From: Phoronis australis
Taxonomy: Eukaryota; Animalia; Phoronida
Assembly (NCBI GenBank): GCA_002633005.1
Contig: NMRA01000983.1
Span: 15,194-79,193, forward strand
Direction of reading: 5' to 3'
DNA: 64,000 bases
This document shows, piece by piece, positions 11,326 through 25,300 of the stretch (the stretch's first letter is position 1; every line of letters begins with the position of its first letter). The notes under the pieces were generated by a model, which saw only the letters and a program-made list of their open reading frames with translations, was not told the origin of the DNA and made no database searches. The position numbers were made by a program, and so were the translations under genes.

Positions 11326-12999
11326 TGTTGTCTTTGTGAATATATACTGCTAGGTCTCGTCTGGAAGCAATTAAAAATTAGTTACTAAGGTGACAATGGC
11401 TGTCACTGAAGGGTCGATAGAAAGTAAGGCATCGACGAAAGAAATAAACGGTATAGCAGTTTTGTTATTACATAAGTTTCTTCAGTGATGGGCTCTTCAA
11501 CCGTTTACATATATGTACATGTACATGTAACAGTGATTGACGTCGATATGTACTGAACCAGATGGGAATGTCTTCTTGATTGAATTGAAAACGTATTACC
11601 TCGAACCAGAATATTTTACGGGATCGTTACCTTCGTTTTAAGTTCATGGGTAAGCTAAACCATAGCTGTGTGTAAATGAACGTCAAAATCTACGAGAATT
11701 ATATAATTAAGGTAGGGTACATGTATCAGCGTAGTCAGAAACCAGTAATTTGATGACGTCAGGATTAAACCGTGGACAACGCCATACATATAGGTTTAAG
11801 GACGGGGAATGTCAAGAAAAGAAAGCCAGTGAAACATGGAGAAAAGAGAAAAATCAAGAACATTTTTGTCAACTACCAGTGCTTGAGGGCCTGGCCAGGA
11901 CATTGCATGTTAGGAGGCCTCATTTTTTGCTGCAACAATCATCCAAACGCACTTGAAAACGTGCGCTTACAGTCATTCATATACGTATTTCGAATGGAAA
12001 TAATACAATTTGTAAAGTACGCATGTCGCAGAGCATTCTAATCCACTGAGTATTTAAAATCTAGAAGACGATTTTAGAGAATTCAAAACTCTGTTTGTCC
12101 TGGGTCTCCTACATGTACCTGGCAAGGGATGACTTTGTCTTTTGTCACACTCGTTTTTCATATTCTTTCTAAATTGTATATTACTTGAAAAATGAAAACC
12201 TGATAGCATTAAATATTGCTCGTTTTCTGTTTTTTTTTGAATTTATAGATTGTTTCATATTTAGGTGCGTGAGCTCTTGAAAAAAGCCTTTTGATGACAT
12301 CCTTTTCATGTTCTTGTTGATAACTTAGAGGCTGCTCACGGAGACAGGTCACAATGACGGAACGAATTGCCCCTATTTTCTCGAGTTTGTGAAATTGTAC
12401 AACCTATTTACGTTAAGGAGAGTCCCTTCTTCGAGGGTTACACTATTGTGGAATGAAATGCCAATATTTTCCATTATTTATTGATATCTAGCATTTCGTA
12501 AGAAAGGGCCCGCTTTGAGAAGGGGTCCTCTCATAGGGCAGCCCGGGTCTAAGGCCATTTTCCCATCTGTAAATCTGGCACTGTCAACACGAGGATAAGA
12601 AGATAAGATTTCAAAGTCGTCGAAACATTAAAAAATCATGCAAACCACATCATTGCCAACACATTTGGTTCAAACAACTAAATGCTATTGCATTGAAAAA
12701 TACAGTACGATAGACCGCCATCGAAAAGGTGGAAGTTTGAAGATCTCAAAAACTATTAATTGTGAGTTTCACAAAATAAATATTTCCGATGTTTCTATGA
12801 CGATGAAACGTCAATACATTTTCCCGTATTATCATAAGAATTGGATTTGTTTTCAAGTTCGTTACTAGGAGTTGCTGGTATGAAACAGGCATATTTCGAT
12901 CAAACTATCTAGCTACCCCTGGAATGATCTCGGGGGCCCCAAACCCTGTGGGATGACTCGTCTCCCAACAATCCCCCATTGCCCGTTGGGAGTTGCTTA

Positions 13000-13380
13000 T
13001 ATTATTCTGTTTTGATGAACACAGAATGCATTTGTTTCTGATTTACAAGTTTATGAATCGTCTAATTATTGGTGATTTTAACAGCTGGAATCTAATAATG
13101 AAAGTATTGACGAGGCTTCAGTGAACTTAGTTTCAGGATGAAATTCGGGGAACCGACCCTTATCATCTGATTCCAATAGCAATATACACTACTAACACGC
13201 TTTTTTCCGGCTGAAATAGCTCCAAGAATTTATGAGATTCAGACAGCTATACAAGGTGTCACAAAATGTAATCGTAGTTAAAATGACAATTCATTGTGCA
13301 TTGACTTAGTAACGAGATTAAAGAATTTAAATCACAAATGGGAGATAAGGTGGAAAAGAGTTCTTTAAATCAAATTAAAC
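13000..13380 (+). repeat. Dispersed degenerate repeat, similar to 28900-29620
   Basis: Shared colinear motifs, e.g. tctga.ttaca.gtttatg, gcttca..gaacttagtt, aaatgacaat. Confidence 0.5.
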
Positions 13381-13785
13381 GCATTGATCATTAACTTGGG
13401 AAGATTGTTCGATTTTGCCGAACTGCCTTTTTGTTTTTTAGTACCCGATAGGTATGGTATAACATATTTTTGTTCTGAAAAACTGAATTTGTTCATAAAA
13501 ACACCGGAATCTGATCTTCGGGAATTGAATTTGCCTTCGCGTTCCTACACTAGACATGTGGAGAAATGAACTATCTTCTTGCACTGCTTGACTAAATCTG
13601 CACCTCATGACTGACTTTTGAGCTACATGAAAGCTTTCTTGTGTGCTTTGGTTAGGTACAAATAGCTATTTGCTGTTCCCTCCCTCACTGGAACCATACA
13701 ACCATGGGATTGGAATGAAAACTACAAACACACGCGGCTGAGGTTACACAGTGCATGCGTCACAGTTGTTTCATTCGTTTGTCCA

Positions 13786-14188
13786 GGGCCCGGTCTCTAA
13801 TCTTTGTACTCGAAACGAACTCGAAACTAATTTTGGCAATTTCTCTGCTCCTTTTGTGCGAACTTAAGATAATTGGTTATCAGACTGTGCTCGAATACAT
13901 TATAGTTTATGCATAGGAGTTTCTAGTTCAAGTTTGCCCTTGAAGACCTTTATATTTGTGCTACAAACTTGAGTAAAATCTCGAAATTTCGAGTTCAAAC
14001 TCGAACTTATTGCTTTAATATTGGGTTTACAAACTGTGAACTAAGGGCAATAAATTATCTACGTAAGTTATTGTGTACTCGAGCATAGAATAATAGACAC
14101 ATATCTTGAGTTCGCCCAAAAGTAGAGTAGAAAATGCCAAACCTAATTTCGAGTTCCATTTCGAGTAAAAAGATTGGAGACCGGGCCC
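13786..14188. mobile_element. MITE (~400 bp) with ~60-70-bp imperfect TIRs
   Basis: gggcccggtctctaatctttgtactcgaaacgaactcgaaa... pairs with ...tttcgagttccatttcgagtaaaaagattggagaccgggccc. The right end abuts the N gap. A degenerate relative lies at ~25150-25490. Confidence 0.8.
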
Positions 14189-14961
14189 NNNNNNNNNNNN
14201 NNNNNNNNNNNNNNNNNNNNNNNNNNNNNNNNNNNNNNNNNNNNNNNNNNNNNNNNNNNNNNNNNNNNNNNNNNNNNNNNNNNNNNNNNNNNNNNNNNNN
14301 NNNNNNNNNNNNNNNNNNNNNNNNNNNNNNNNNNNNNNNNNNNNNNNNNNNNNNNNNNNNNNNNNNNNNNNNNNNNNNNNNNNNNNNNNNNNNNNNNNNN
14401 NNNNNNNNNNNNNNNNNNNNNNNNNNNNNNNNNNNNNNNNNNNNNNNNNNNNNNNNNNNNNNNNNNNNNNNNNNNNNNNNNNNNNNNNNNNNNNNNNNNN
14501 NNNNNNNNNNNNNNNNNNNNNNNNNNNNNNNNNNNNNNNNNNNNNNNNNNNNNNNNNNNNNNNNNNNNNNNNNNNNNNNNNNNNNNNNNNNNNNNNNNNN
14601 NNNNNNNNNNNNNNNNNNNNNNNNNNNNNNNNNNNNNNNNNNNNNNNNNNNNNNNNNNNNNNNNNNNNNNNNNNNNNNNNNNNNNNNNNNNNNNNNNNNN
14701 NNNNNNNNNNNNNNNNNNNNNNNNNNNNNNNNNNNNNNNNNNNNNNNNNNNNNNNNNNNNNNNNNNNNNNNNNNNNNNNNNNNNNNNNNNNNNNNNNNNN
14801 NNNNNNNNNNNNNNNNNNNNNNNNNNNNNNNNNNNNNNNNNNNNNNNNNNNNNNNNNNNNNNNNNNNNNNNNNNNNNNNNNNNNNNNNNNNNNNNNNNNN
14901 NNNNNNNNNNNNNNNNNNNNNNNNNNNNNNNNNNNNNNNNNNNNNNNNNNNNNNNNNNNNN
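14189..14961. other. Assembly gap (N run)
   Basis: About 770 Ns. Confidence 1.
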
Positions 14962-14989
14962 TTGCAGGTTGTTATAGCCCAGTTGGCTG

Positions 14990-15180
14990 TTTGGTGTACC
15001 CACTTGGTACTTTATATGATATTTGCCCATTTGGCAGTTTGTACCCACTTGGTACTTGTTATTGAATTTGCCGCTTTGCTCGACCCAGTTGGTAGGCAAT
15101 CGGCCAATACCCATTTGGTATTAAGTACCCATTTGGTACTATGCTAACCTGTGCCACTTAGTATCCGATACTCAGTTACA
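14990..15180. repeat. Degenerate tandem repeats of tacccacttggta
   Basis: The motif recurs at least 5 times immediately after the gap. Confidence 0.65.
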
Positions 15181-17769
15181 CTTAGGGTATCGGAAATGTG
15201 TGTGTTATCTCTTGTAATTAAGGAACCCATCTGGTTCCTTCTGTGAAATATTTATTTGTAGAGCTGTGACCCTGAAATCCCCAATACAACTTAAAATGTT
15301 TATTATTCTTGTTGTTTTATTTGTCCCCAATAATTATAAATTAATTGGATCTTTGAAACCGTTTCATCGGTAAAAAATCAGGACACCTTTGCATGTAACA
15401 CTTACAAAAACATTAGCTAATTACTCCAATTACCCATCTGAAATTTGCAGATGTGGGTTTCTGACAGTGAAACACATTTTTGTCATGCTACAAAATAATA
15501 CAACTGGGAAATAACAATACTCTAGGCGAAAAGACAAGGTTATTTGGAACACCTATTGCTCAACATTCGAAAATAAAAACCTAACAACCTACTGGACTGA
15601 AAAGTGGGATATCCGGATCTTTGCCAAAACGCGAGGGTGGAATGTTCACAGAAACATAAAAACGTCCCATCGCAGTTTTTGTCGAACGGGAAATTGGCAA
15701 AGGTGTCACAAAAAATCATGATACGTCTCGTTTTTTCCTTTTTAGTTGAATGGGAAAAAAGTGTTGTGTCGCATGGAAAATTACAATAGTACATGATAAT
15801 TTGTCAGTTCCCCTGTGTCAAAGGTCAAAGAGCGAGACATTTTTGATAGTGCGGCGCGATGACGGGAAAAATGGAACATGAGAGAGTTCGTAAAGAGCGG
15901 GACAGTTGATAAGTACAATGTAAGCGGTCGGTAACACAAAGCATTGGTAAACGTCGCTGTTACATGTACATCACGGATATAATTATGTAAATAGACAACG
16001 CTGTGGCTCATAAATGGGATTAGCATTGTATCTGGCCAACAGGTAAACACTGGAAAAATAAATGATTACAGAAAAATCAGTAATAGTATGTGCATGCATA
16101 ATCGCACTTAGCTACGTAAATAAGTACACGGTTATGTTTTCGAAAAACACGTAAGCAAGTCTGTTAATGAACTCGGTTCATTTATAATTGCTAAAAAAGC
16201 TCTCAGAAACCTAATGCCACCATGATTTAAACACCTATAAATGTCTTGCTGAAAGCCTTCCAACATGTAGTTTGAGAGTTTGGCGAAAGTGACCCTGAAG
16301 ATTGAAGATGGAGATATATCAGTGATATCCTGCCCGGGCCTTGGGTCCGTTCGTGTAAAGAATGAATAGCGTAAGTGTCGGTTTGTTGATTAATGTTGCC
16401 AAATTACTGGTTGTCTGGAACCGTACCTGAAGTGTCTCGCTTGTTGAATACATTACCAACAAAAATGACAAAACGAAAACTAGAAAGATTATTGACAATA
16501 ATGGACTCTGTGCGTGTGTATTAAACGAATTGTTATGGGAAGTTACTGACAGCAACCCGTTAACCAATTTGAAAAGGAATTCTTTAAAGTTGTAGGAAAA
16601 ATAACATGTTAATATTTTGATGACCTTTCCACTAATTGACCTCTTTCGGTGCATTATGAGCATGGATGAGAGGATAATTATAAACTCGATTAAAAGTGTT
16701 GTTAATGCTAAGAATCACAAATGTTTTACTTTAAGTAGTTTAGAATACAACATGAATGAATTGGTCAAACTTTGAGAAGAAAAATGAACCAAATGACCCC
16801 ATGGGTGCACCAAATGATCTGATAATTTAGAATTCAAACTCAATCACGTACCTGTACCCAATTTGGAGTTATTAATGGTCAAAGTTGGTCGGAAGAAGAA
16901 TAAGAAGAATAAGAATAAAATTGAAGAAAACCCAGGAACAACAGCATTCTGCGCCTACACGCGCAGAGTAATGAAGCAAGGAAAAAAGGCTGCAATTGAT
17001 AACTAAATACACAAAATTCAGGAGAGGGGACAACCAAACATTCACAATGCAAACTCTCATGACCATTCGCATGGAATCTGGGAACACTAAAATGCATGGA
17101 TCACGCGTGAAAGTTGGAATTTCAGTCATAGAGTTTTGTGCTTGGAAATGTTTACAGCTTTACGCACCTGGAAATTCCCTAGCGTAAGGCTTGCGTGTAC
17201 GCAAACACGATTATTAGACAAGCTGTACGAAAATGTGACATTTCTATAACATATTTCAGACTTTAAAAAATAAGCTAACAATTGTAGTGAAAGAAACCCT
17301 AAGTTTAACCCGATAGATGGCTACCATTTTGATGTCGTAGATTCGACTTTTTACAAAATGAGAATAATTCCAATATCTGAAATTTATCGTTTTAGTGGTA
17401 AAAGTCAACATTTTCGCACTTCGCAATTTTTTTAATGCCTCTTAAAGGAGAATGCCACCCGATTTAATTAGTTTTTTTACCTTCTTAATCGGTCTATATC
17501 CACGTCACCTCGTATGCGGTTGATCGAACCTCGCTGAGAGGTGTTGCGTTAACGCGTGAGGAAGGTGAGAAACGACGCAGTGACGTCTGTGGTTCTTCTG
17601 CAGAGTGAGTGCCGGTATCGTGTGGCTTATCGATTCCGCTTGTGCGATCTATGAAGCTGCGAGAAAAGCGGGTATATCGTTTTTTTTTTTCGATTTCCTC
17701 GAGAGCCCATCATGTTTCAGACGTGGCTCGCGGTAGTGAAGAATGAAAAGTACGCCGTAAATACCAAGT

Positions 17770-18812
17770 ATGAGGCCTTGAAAGTTCTCTGTGTCTGTCT
17801 GTGGCCTACATTTCGTCGGATCGGTTGTTGATCAGTTTTTGATTATGGAGAATTGTAGTTGGCCATGAAAACATAAAGAATTACAATTAATTCAAGGCGT
17901 GAGGACATAACATTTTATGTAACCTGTTCGATAACTGACTCGTTCGTGAGGCTTCTGTTTGGTCCTCTGGGTGTAGGATGTTTTCCCCAGTTCTTTTTCT
18001 CAGCCCTAAAATCGTCATAAGTACACCTCTGTTTAGATGCGGTGCAAAATCAGGGTGTTCTGTAAGACACATCTGCGCTTCTCCATGGAAGCGTTTCTCT
18101 TGCGAGGTTTCGTGGCAGCAAACGCAAGCGTCAGTCGCTTCCGTCATCGTGCAGTTACCTCAGTGACACCATGGTAAGTCATTAAAACAGTTTCCGGAAC
18201 TATCCAGATGTTGCGTTGTCTGTGCACGTTCACGGAGCCTCTCTATTATTTCATTCTTTATTTATCTGTACACATGGCCATCGGCCCAAAGTACAACAAA
18301 CAAGCAAACAAGATCATTGGAGTGCTATCCACACTAGTCAGTGGTACACAAGCTGTTCCGTTTTTAGATGCGTAGTGTACATATTTTAAAACTAAGGTAT
18401 CGAGATTACATAAATGTCCATGAATTGTTAAACAAAGAGGGACTTGTCCAGAGGCTCTCACTCAGAAAGTTTGCTCGGGTTTCGGAAAAAGCGTCCTAAA
18501 CTAACGAAAAATTGAAATTCATCCACACAATTCTTCGAGCATAATGTACACAATGTGTCTTGATATATCATATTTACGTGACGACCAGTTTCTACTGCCA
18601 GTCTGTGGTTTGCACATCGAAAACGTGTAAAACTTTGCACGAACACTCTTGGAAGATTATCAATTTCTAAATAGCTTTCATATTTAAATACAACCTAAAA
18701 AATTATTATTATTTCTTGATCAATGTATTCCGGTTCGAACTGATAGTCCATAAAACCTAACGATCAACCTGCGAAGTCTTCGTCGGAATTGCGAGTTGAC
18801 GTTTATTAGGCA
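17770..18812 (-). pseudogene. KolX (P2X7 receptor intracellular-domain-like, Cys-rich) pseudogene, LINE-interrupted
   Basis: After removing the LINE and one TSD copy it reads MDYQFEPEYIDQEIIERLRER...LPWCH*GNCTMTEATDACVCCHET...MCLTEHPDFAPHLNRGVL. This has the YxFEP, WCxCGNC, CxCCxE and CxTxHPxF motifs. Confidence 0.8.
18253..18706 (-). mobile_element. 5'-truncated LINE (RTE-X/CR1-like C-terminal zinc finger) with 9-bp TSD
   Basis: FTRFRCANHRLAVETGRH...LCTLCSKNCVDEFQF; the 3' end has aataaa. TSD tattatttc at 18244-18252 and 18707-18715. Confidence 0.8.
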
Positions 18813-21800
18813 TTCTGCAGTTCAAAATCATTCTCACCCAAAACCAATGCTTATATAAACTGAAACAAAGACTGTCTCATTAGATACATGTACAATTAGC
18901 AATGCCTTGGAGTGTTCGTGAGTGCTAGTCTTCTTGAGGAGCCAGCAATGAATAAATCGCTGTGTTTGCAGGCTTTAGATGCAATGAACTACATGTAATT
19001 GACCGGGCACCGAGGCCGTGTGAGCGCATGCTCATTCAGTGTTTGCTGACAGAGAGCTGATGTGAAACACAATAATTCGATTTTATATCTTATGGTCAGA
19101 TGTTAGGGGACTATTTATTTAGTTTATTGATACACATTATTCGAATCATTCGTATTGTACAACTTTTGCCCTGACGGTTCTGTAGAAGGGTAACCTGACT
19201 TCGCGGCCTCCGACGAGCTAGTAAGAAGACTTGCAGTTTTGCAGCTAATTCACCAAAATAATCACATCCTTTTTTTTTCTTTAGCTCACTTATTTAGTCT
19301 AGTTTAGCTTCCAACTTTGGCTGTTTTTTGTTCGTGCGATGGGCCTGATCAAATTGCGAGCCACTGGCTGTGATACCAATTGTTTTGAGTGTTAAGAACT
19401 GAAAAAATCGCGTCTAAAATTACAACACACAGCTATTTTCTCTTGTCTACATTTCACGGACCAAGAATTTGAATTTATCACCAAACTCCTGCGACCGACC
19501 TAACAAACTTTATAGGCTACGATGTGTTCAAGTACCTAAAAATCCGATACAGCGAAATAAAATAACACGTTTGTTCAATAAATTGATGTGTTTTCAAGGA
19601 TTTTACATCGAATTCTGATGATTTATTGGTGTAAAACGATGATCTGAAGCGATAAGATGACACCAGAAAGCGTGTTGTGAACTGCTGAACAGACGGCATT
19701 CGAACCTCTGACGTCATCGATTAATTTCAACACTTCCATGTGCCGTCAGATGCCAGATTTAAGAGCAGTTCTTGCTGACATCGACTGGAACTATTCAATC
19801 TAAATTGATACAAACTAGGTTGTTTTTTGGGTGGCATTCTCTTCTAACTCTTCTGAAAGGTTTACATTCTCTACTACAGACAACCAACTCTGGAACATTA
19901 CATCTCTCAGCTTTTGTTTGACTTGTCACAGAAAATATTGTTTATTACCTACGTCCATGTTCAACCATACATTGACCAAAGCCGGATGTATACAACAAAA
20001 ATGCTACGTTAACACCAATTAACCGTGCAATTGCTTTTCATATGTCCCCAAAAACATTGGTTGGGAGCTCTATCAATTTGAATTTCCAATATTTTAAAAA
20101 GTATTTTACAAACCTACACATGTAAGACACCGACTTATCAGACAGCTACTATTTGTGTATACAATGTACATTCGCAGCTTCCGCGGCTCTTGCCCACCAA
20201 TCTAATGACGCCGCGATTCCAAATTGTACAAATAAACTTTCAATACTCGCAATAGGCAGATGTACGTTAATATTTACGTGCACCATTATTCGTGTGGCAA
20301 AGTAATTGCTTTCATCTAAACGATCTATGTCTCGGAATGGTCTCCTTTTTCGTGATTATTAATTGTTTCTATTATAGCATTCATATTCTTCGGAAGCTCG
20401 TCACAAATTCTTGTCGTCACCATTTATTCATTGGTGCTTTTGATAAGCATAGTTTTGGGGTCACTGAGCTCTGCATGTTATTGAGAGAATCAGTAGCATG
20501 CTGGTCCTCAATGGCCAATGACTCCTTGATGTACAACAATTCCTTTGCAATAACATGGAGAGCTCAGTGACCCTACACTGTACAACTATGTTGATGATCT
20601 ACCTACATGTACTATTCCCTGTATCTCTCACTCTCATTTCACCACATGGATGTGACTTGAATGATAATCGACACTTGTTGTCCTACTGTACATATCCTGA
20701 TGATGTTTTATGAATAGACGAAACGTTGAGTTAACATGATCTTTTTTATTCGTGCGGCGATTGTCCGTTCCTAATCGTACTATGGCCAAAAGTGATGTAA
20801 TAAACAAAACAGAGTTCCTACTCGAGATTGCCTACTCCTAACTGCTGTTTACTGCACCTATAGATGTAACGTTTCCAGACAGAACAACTGCAATTGATGG
20901 CGTTCTATAACTTATAAATTACAAAGAAAACGTGTAGTCTAAATGTGAAAAATTGCGATTAGTATTTAATGACACACAATCCTTCAAAAGCGTTGCCTCA
21001 GTTACCAAAAAATGCACGTATAATGCAAAATGAACTTACCCAAGCTGCCTTCTAAATAGATACAGTATTATCTAAACCATTATGGCTTAGTACACTAAAA
21101 TTTTCTTCACCGGTTATCATTCGTTGAGGTGGGTAAGACTTGTTCGGAAATCGTGGTCTGGTCCTTCCTGTGGCCGTGATTCGGGAAATGCGGGCGCTAA
21201 CTGATGTATTGCGGGTATGGAGATCGAAAACATTTGAATCAAGGAATCTTAAAAAAGGTTAAAAGCCTGGGAACCGGGAACGGGACTCCCTTTCCCCCCT
21301 ATTTGTTATTATCATGTTGACTGTGCGACAATGTGCACTACGCTTGCACTAAGCCGATATTCTCTCGGCTTACAGTTACAATTTCTCTGTCGCAGATCCG
21401 AAACAACGGACATACATAGGTCAGTTTTATTGCTCCAGTCGATAGGTTATTTGAAAATTCTTGTCTTCTTGCATCGAAAACCCTACAACTGAAAGCACAT
21501 ACTCCTGAGGAAATTTAGGATAAGATACTTTTTGGAGGCAGTTTTTGTCCAAAAATCAAGTTTGAGCTTCACTAAAACACGAAAAAGAGGGTGCTCAAGA
21601 CCGCGAAAGGGAAAAGGGTGATATGGATGAATGGTCCCCTCCTAAGCTAGGGCTTCTATGTATGAAAGAATTCAAATTTTAAAAATCAGGAAATGAGCAG
21701 CAGTTAATGTTATCATAACGGCCCCTCTCCGTAAGGGCCATCTCCGTGAGGCCCCACTCTGTGAGGTTCCCAATTGACATGTATTTCAAATGAAATACAT

Positions 21801-22103
21801 GTACAATTTTAAAAACGCAAAAACAGAACCACATATTTCATCCCCTACCAGAGAGAGGTCGCCGGAGAATTTCACTGTGTTCCCTGAAATTGTTTTATTG
21901 ACTTTAAAAGCCTGAATCAACTTTGCTCTGTAAATATGTACGCAAGAAGATAACCGTATATTTTTGAAGAATGATTAAAAATATGTTTTAAGGGCGTTTA
22001 GAAAATCAATACTGAAAAACGGAGGCTCCCAATCAAAAATGTTTTGGCCAGCTTCCCGCAGGTGCACAGGTAGTAGAAAATACTCTCTTAAAGTTCCCTT
22101 TTA

Positions 22104-22380
22104 CCATGGTTATATGGCTAAAAATGAAATTTAATTATGCATTTCACTCTTATAAAATCGATCTCAAAATTCTCCTTGCCCTGGCAGAATTCTATTCCCG
22201 TTGCCAAAACGAACATCGAAATCATCACCTATTCCAAAACAAGTGGCTACCCTTGGTTATCTGGATAAAACCAAATCGAATTAGGCATTTTAGTCTCATA
22301 AACTCGATCTCGAAATAATCTTCACCTTGACATAATTCTATTTCCGCTACCAAAGAGAACTTCAAAGCCACCAGCGACTG
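22104..22380. repeat. Diverged tandem dimer, ~147-bp period
   Basis: cc.tggttat.tgg.taaaa...tcgatctc.aaat...aattctatt.ccg recurs at 22104 and 22251. Confidence 0.7.
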
Positions 22381-25300
22381 ACAAGCGACGCTTCAGTTTT
22401 TATTGGGCCTGAACAACGATAGTATTACTAACTCGAAAATGACAACTGTAAGCCTTGCCTGTGAACTGAGTTGTCAAATCACTCAACAAAATTTCAAGAT
22501 TGGGTGTGCTTAATAATATTTCAAGCCCCAAAGCGCGTCCGATATCAATTCTACATTGACAGCTAAGCAGCGGCGAAATGCTACAGAAAACTTTAAATTC
22601 TCGCACTGTTACGTGTTTCGATATATCTTTCTTTTCTTAACTGCCCAATGCCCTACGTGTATGATGGTCCTCACGGTCTCACCCTGGATCCCGCAAATTA
22701 TTGAGGGGAGTGCCCCAGCCCCCTGCTTCACTGATCATGAACTGGGTTTAGTATCCTTTAACGTTTCAAATTGTAAGGACTAGGTCAACTGGCATTATTG
22801 ATTCCGTAAATCTTGCAAATGCCGCCTTCTGTTCAGGCAGCGGTTCAATTTTCACACACAGCATGTACTTCGTTCTAGATCCAGGCGTAAAAGGTTTTCA
22901 ACCAAAGAACCTATTTTACTGCTTACTGGATGGAAGAAGAGCTTAGGTCACGAATTTTTGTCCGACCTTTCGGAAACTAGTCGAAGAACAATCATCGACC
23001 GGTGGGTAAATAGCCGATTAGTTGGTTATTTTAACCGACCTGTAGCAGACAGCACAACCGACTGCTGTTACGACTCGAACACTAACTATTGAATATTCAC
23101 TTTAAATACATGCATGTATTTGCAGGCTCCTACTGTAGAATATATAATATATAATGTATAGCAGGAAGTAAACGGCTATGCTTTTTAGCATAATCTACGC
23201 CAAACAAAGTGCAGTTGCTATCACTGACATTGTGCAAATGTGAAAACCATAAGATCTTAAAACATGTGACTTTTGCACTAATGACGTACCTCGCGGGTTC
23301 ACGTAGACCGCATCATACAGTTTGATTCCCCAGCACCACGTCACAATACTTACTGGACATGGTTCAGTAATTTGTGGTGAATCATTTTTGCCACAAAATT
23401 CTTTCTTAAAAACATTTGGAAGTTTTCTAGCTACTTAATATTCACGTCGTCGCCATATTGTGTTTTACTATGGCCAAGCAATCATAGAGATAAGTAATCA
23501 TGCTGGAATTCCCACTTTAGATAAAATTGCACCTGTCGCCACGCCATATCTAGCGTTGTTTCATTGTCATTAGTTTGACTATGGTTGCTTTAAAAAATAC
23601 GCATCAGCGTGCGGTAAGAATTGTTTCTTGCGAGGTTTTCCGAACCACGTGACGACTGCAGTGAGAACCTAGCCAACAACTCTTCGGAGATCACTGCTTG
23701 TCAGCTAGACCACCAGTCGACGAGCGGTCTGCGGCTCATTGGCGACCGGTGGGTAAAGTTAGTGGCTTGTCCTGCAAAGAGGTAATTTTGTACCGCTTCC
23801 TGCTCAATCCACTCTCAGGGTAGTTCCCATCACATCATTAAACTATTTTGTTATGATTTCTTTTGTCATGATTCTGCACTAAATGTATGACAATTGTGTA
23901 ACATATCTCCAACCAATAACGCAACGAACTTATTACTGTACAATAAAGTGTTGTTTGCACAGGAAAATATTGATGCAAAGGAGATGTTCAATTACTTTAA
24001 AATAATGGGAGTCAGAGTTCGCCCTGGAAGTGATAATTTGTGATGGTGCGATGCGTTATCAATAAGGGATGGCGAAAAATAGCGTGCTAGTATTTGTTAA
24101 CAAGGGACCACAGAGTGGTGCCACTGATAAACGGCCAAAATGATCGCCTTTGCGCGCCAGAATGGATACATCTTCGCAGTGCAACTAATGATAAATTAGA
24201 AGTTATCTAGTAAACTGAACCCCTCCTCTAAAATTATCTTTGATGATATGAAAGCTCAATTGAAATTGATTTACATCGGGTAAGGTTGTTTTTCAAGCTT
24301 TACTGATTGTAGTTCCCATGTCGGGTCACTAGCATATCGGTGATTGTGACGTAGACGATCGGATGTTATTAATAATCATAATCAGGCCACTACCAGGATT
24401 CATACCACCGTGCTACGTGTGTCGTGTCAGTTCGCGCTCTTGAGAGTCACACCCCATGCGCCTGTGCCCGGTTGCCCGTTAATTAGTGTTGCGTTAAATA
24501 CTAGATTTTGTTTGCTCAGTAATGACACGATTTTTATTCGCTTTATTTTAATTGTGAGCTCCATTTACTTGCGCCATTTTCGATAACAAATATATGAAGA
24601 GTGAGACGTTAAATCCAAATGAATAGTTACCGAAACCTTATCTAAGGGACGTTGCATGAAAAGGCCCTGTCTATGATATTTTAATATGAAAAGAATTCAG
24701 TATAGAGTTTAGTAGCACTATTTGTCAGCTCTTGATGTAGTAGTGGAGATAAAAAATTGAAAATCGGTGTTTGCGTAAAGTCCACAAATGCGCTGAAGAC
24801 ATGGGGAACATTTTTCTTTCTCTATTAGAAGTATTTGATGCAACCGTACATTGATGCCTCACTGACACGGTTTAACATAAGGTTTATACAAAATGTATTG
24901 TTCTGTTGAGAACATTTCGTTTTTCTCAAATATCGTTAGATAGGACTGTCCTTCAGTATTTTTCTGCAATCTCTTGCTACTCTTGCTATCAGCCTTCACT
25001 CCTCTTAGGCATGGGTGTGGTGATATGTCGGTGAAATATTTTATTTGTTCAACTATGCTCAGCTTCAGGGCACGTTTGGTTAATTGTTTCAAATAAGCTT
25101 TTCTTTTTACAATTGGAAATAAAATCCACAAGGCTCAAGATAGATTCTTTTTACACAAAATCACTCATGAACTGTTGTTTGGAATTTTACGACTTACTTG
25201 AATGAGAGATAATTGTCTATAATCCTGTGTTCGAGTTCTTTATAGTTTACAAAGATGTGTAGTTCTATGTTGCACTCCATAGCTTCAGCATAAAGGGTAT

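Larger units (their letters stand above)
17446..19843. mobile_element. Non-autonomous Kolobok DNA transposon carrying a KolX pseudogene
   Basis: TTAA|AGGAGAATGCCACCC ... GGGTGGCATTCTCTT|CTAA: 15-bp TIR with one mismatch and a TTAA TSD with one change. It contains a P2X7 C-terminus-like ORF. Confidence 0.8.

Noticed and set aside
14134-15147. 267-337 aa ORFs
   Set aside because: They consist almost entirely of the N gap.
16319-16663. 114-aa ORF with a hydrophobic segment (type II membrane-like)
   Set aside because: No recognisable domain or linked exons. Hydrophobic runs arise readily from T-rich DNA.
17887-18147. Host P2X7 purinoceptor gene
   Set aside because: Only the Cys-rich tail is present, with stops, inside TTAA-flanked TIRs. 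It is transposon KolX.
23960-24282. Exon-like stretch (cag|GAAAAT...G|gtaagg)
   Set aside because: All frames contain stops and no family is recognised.
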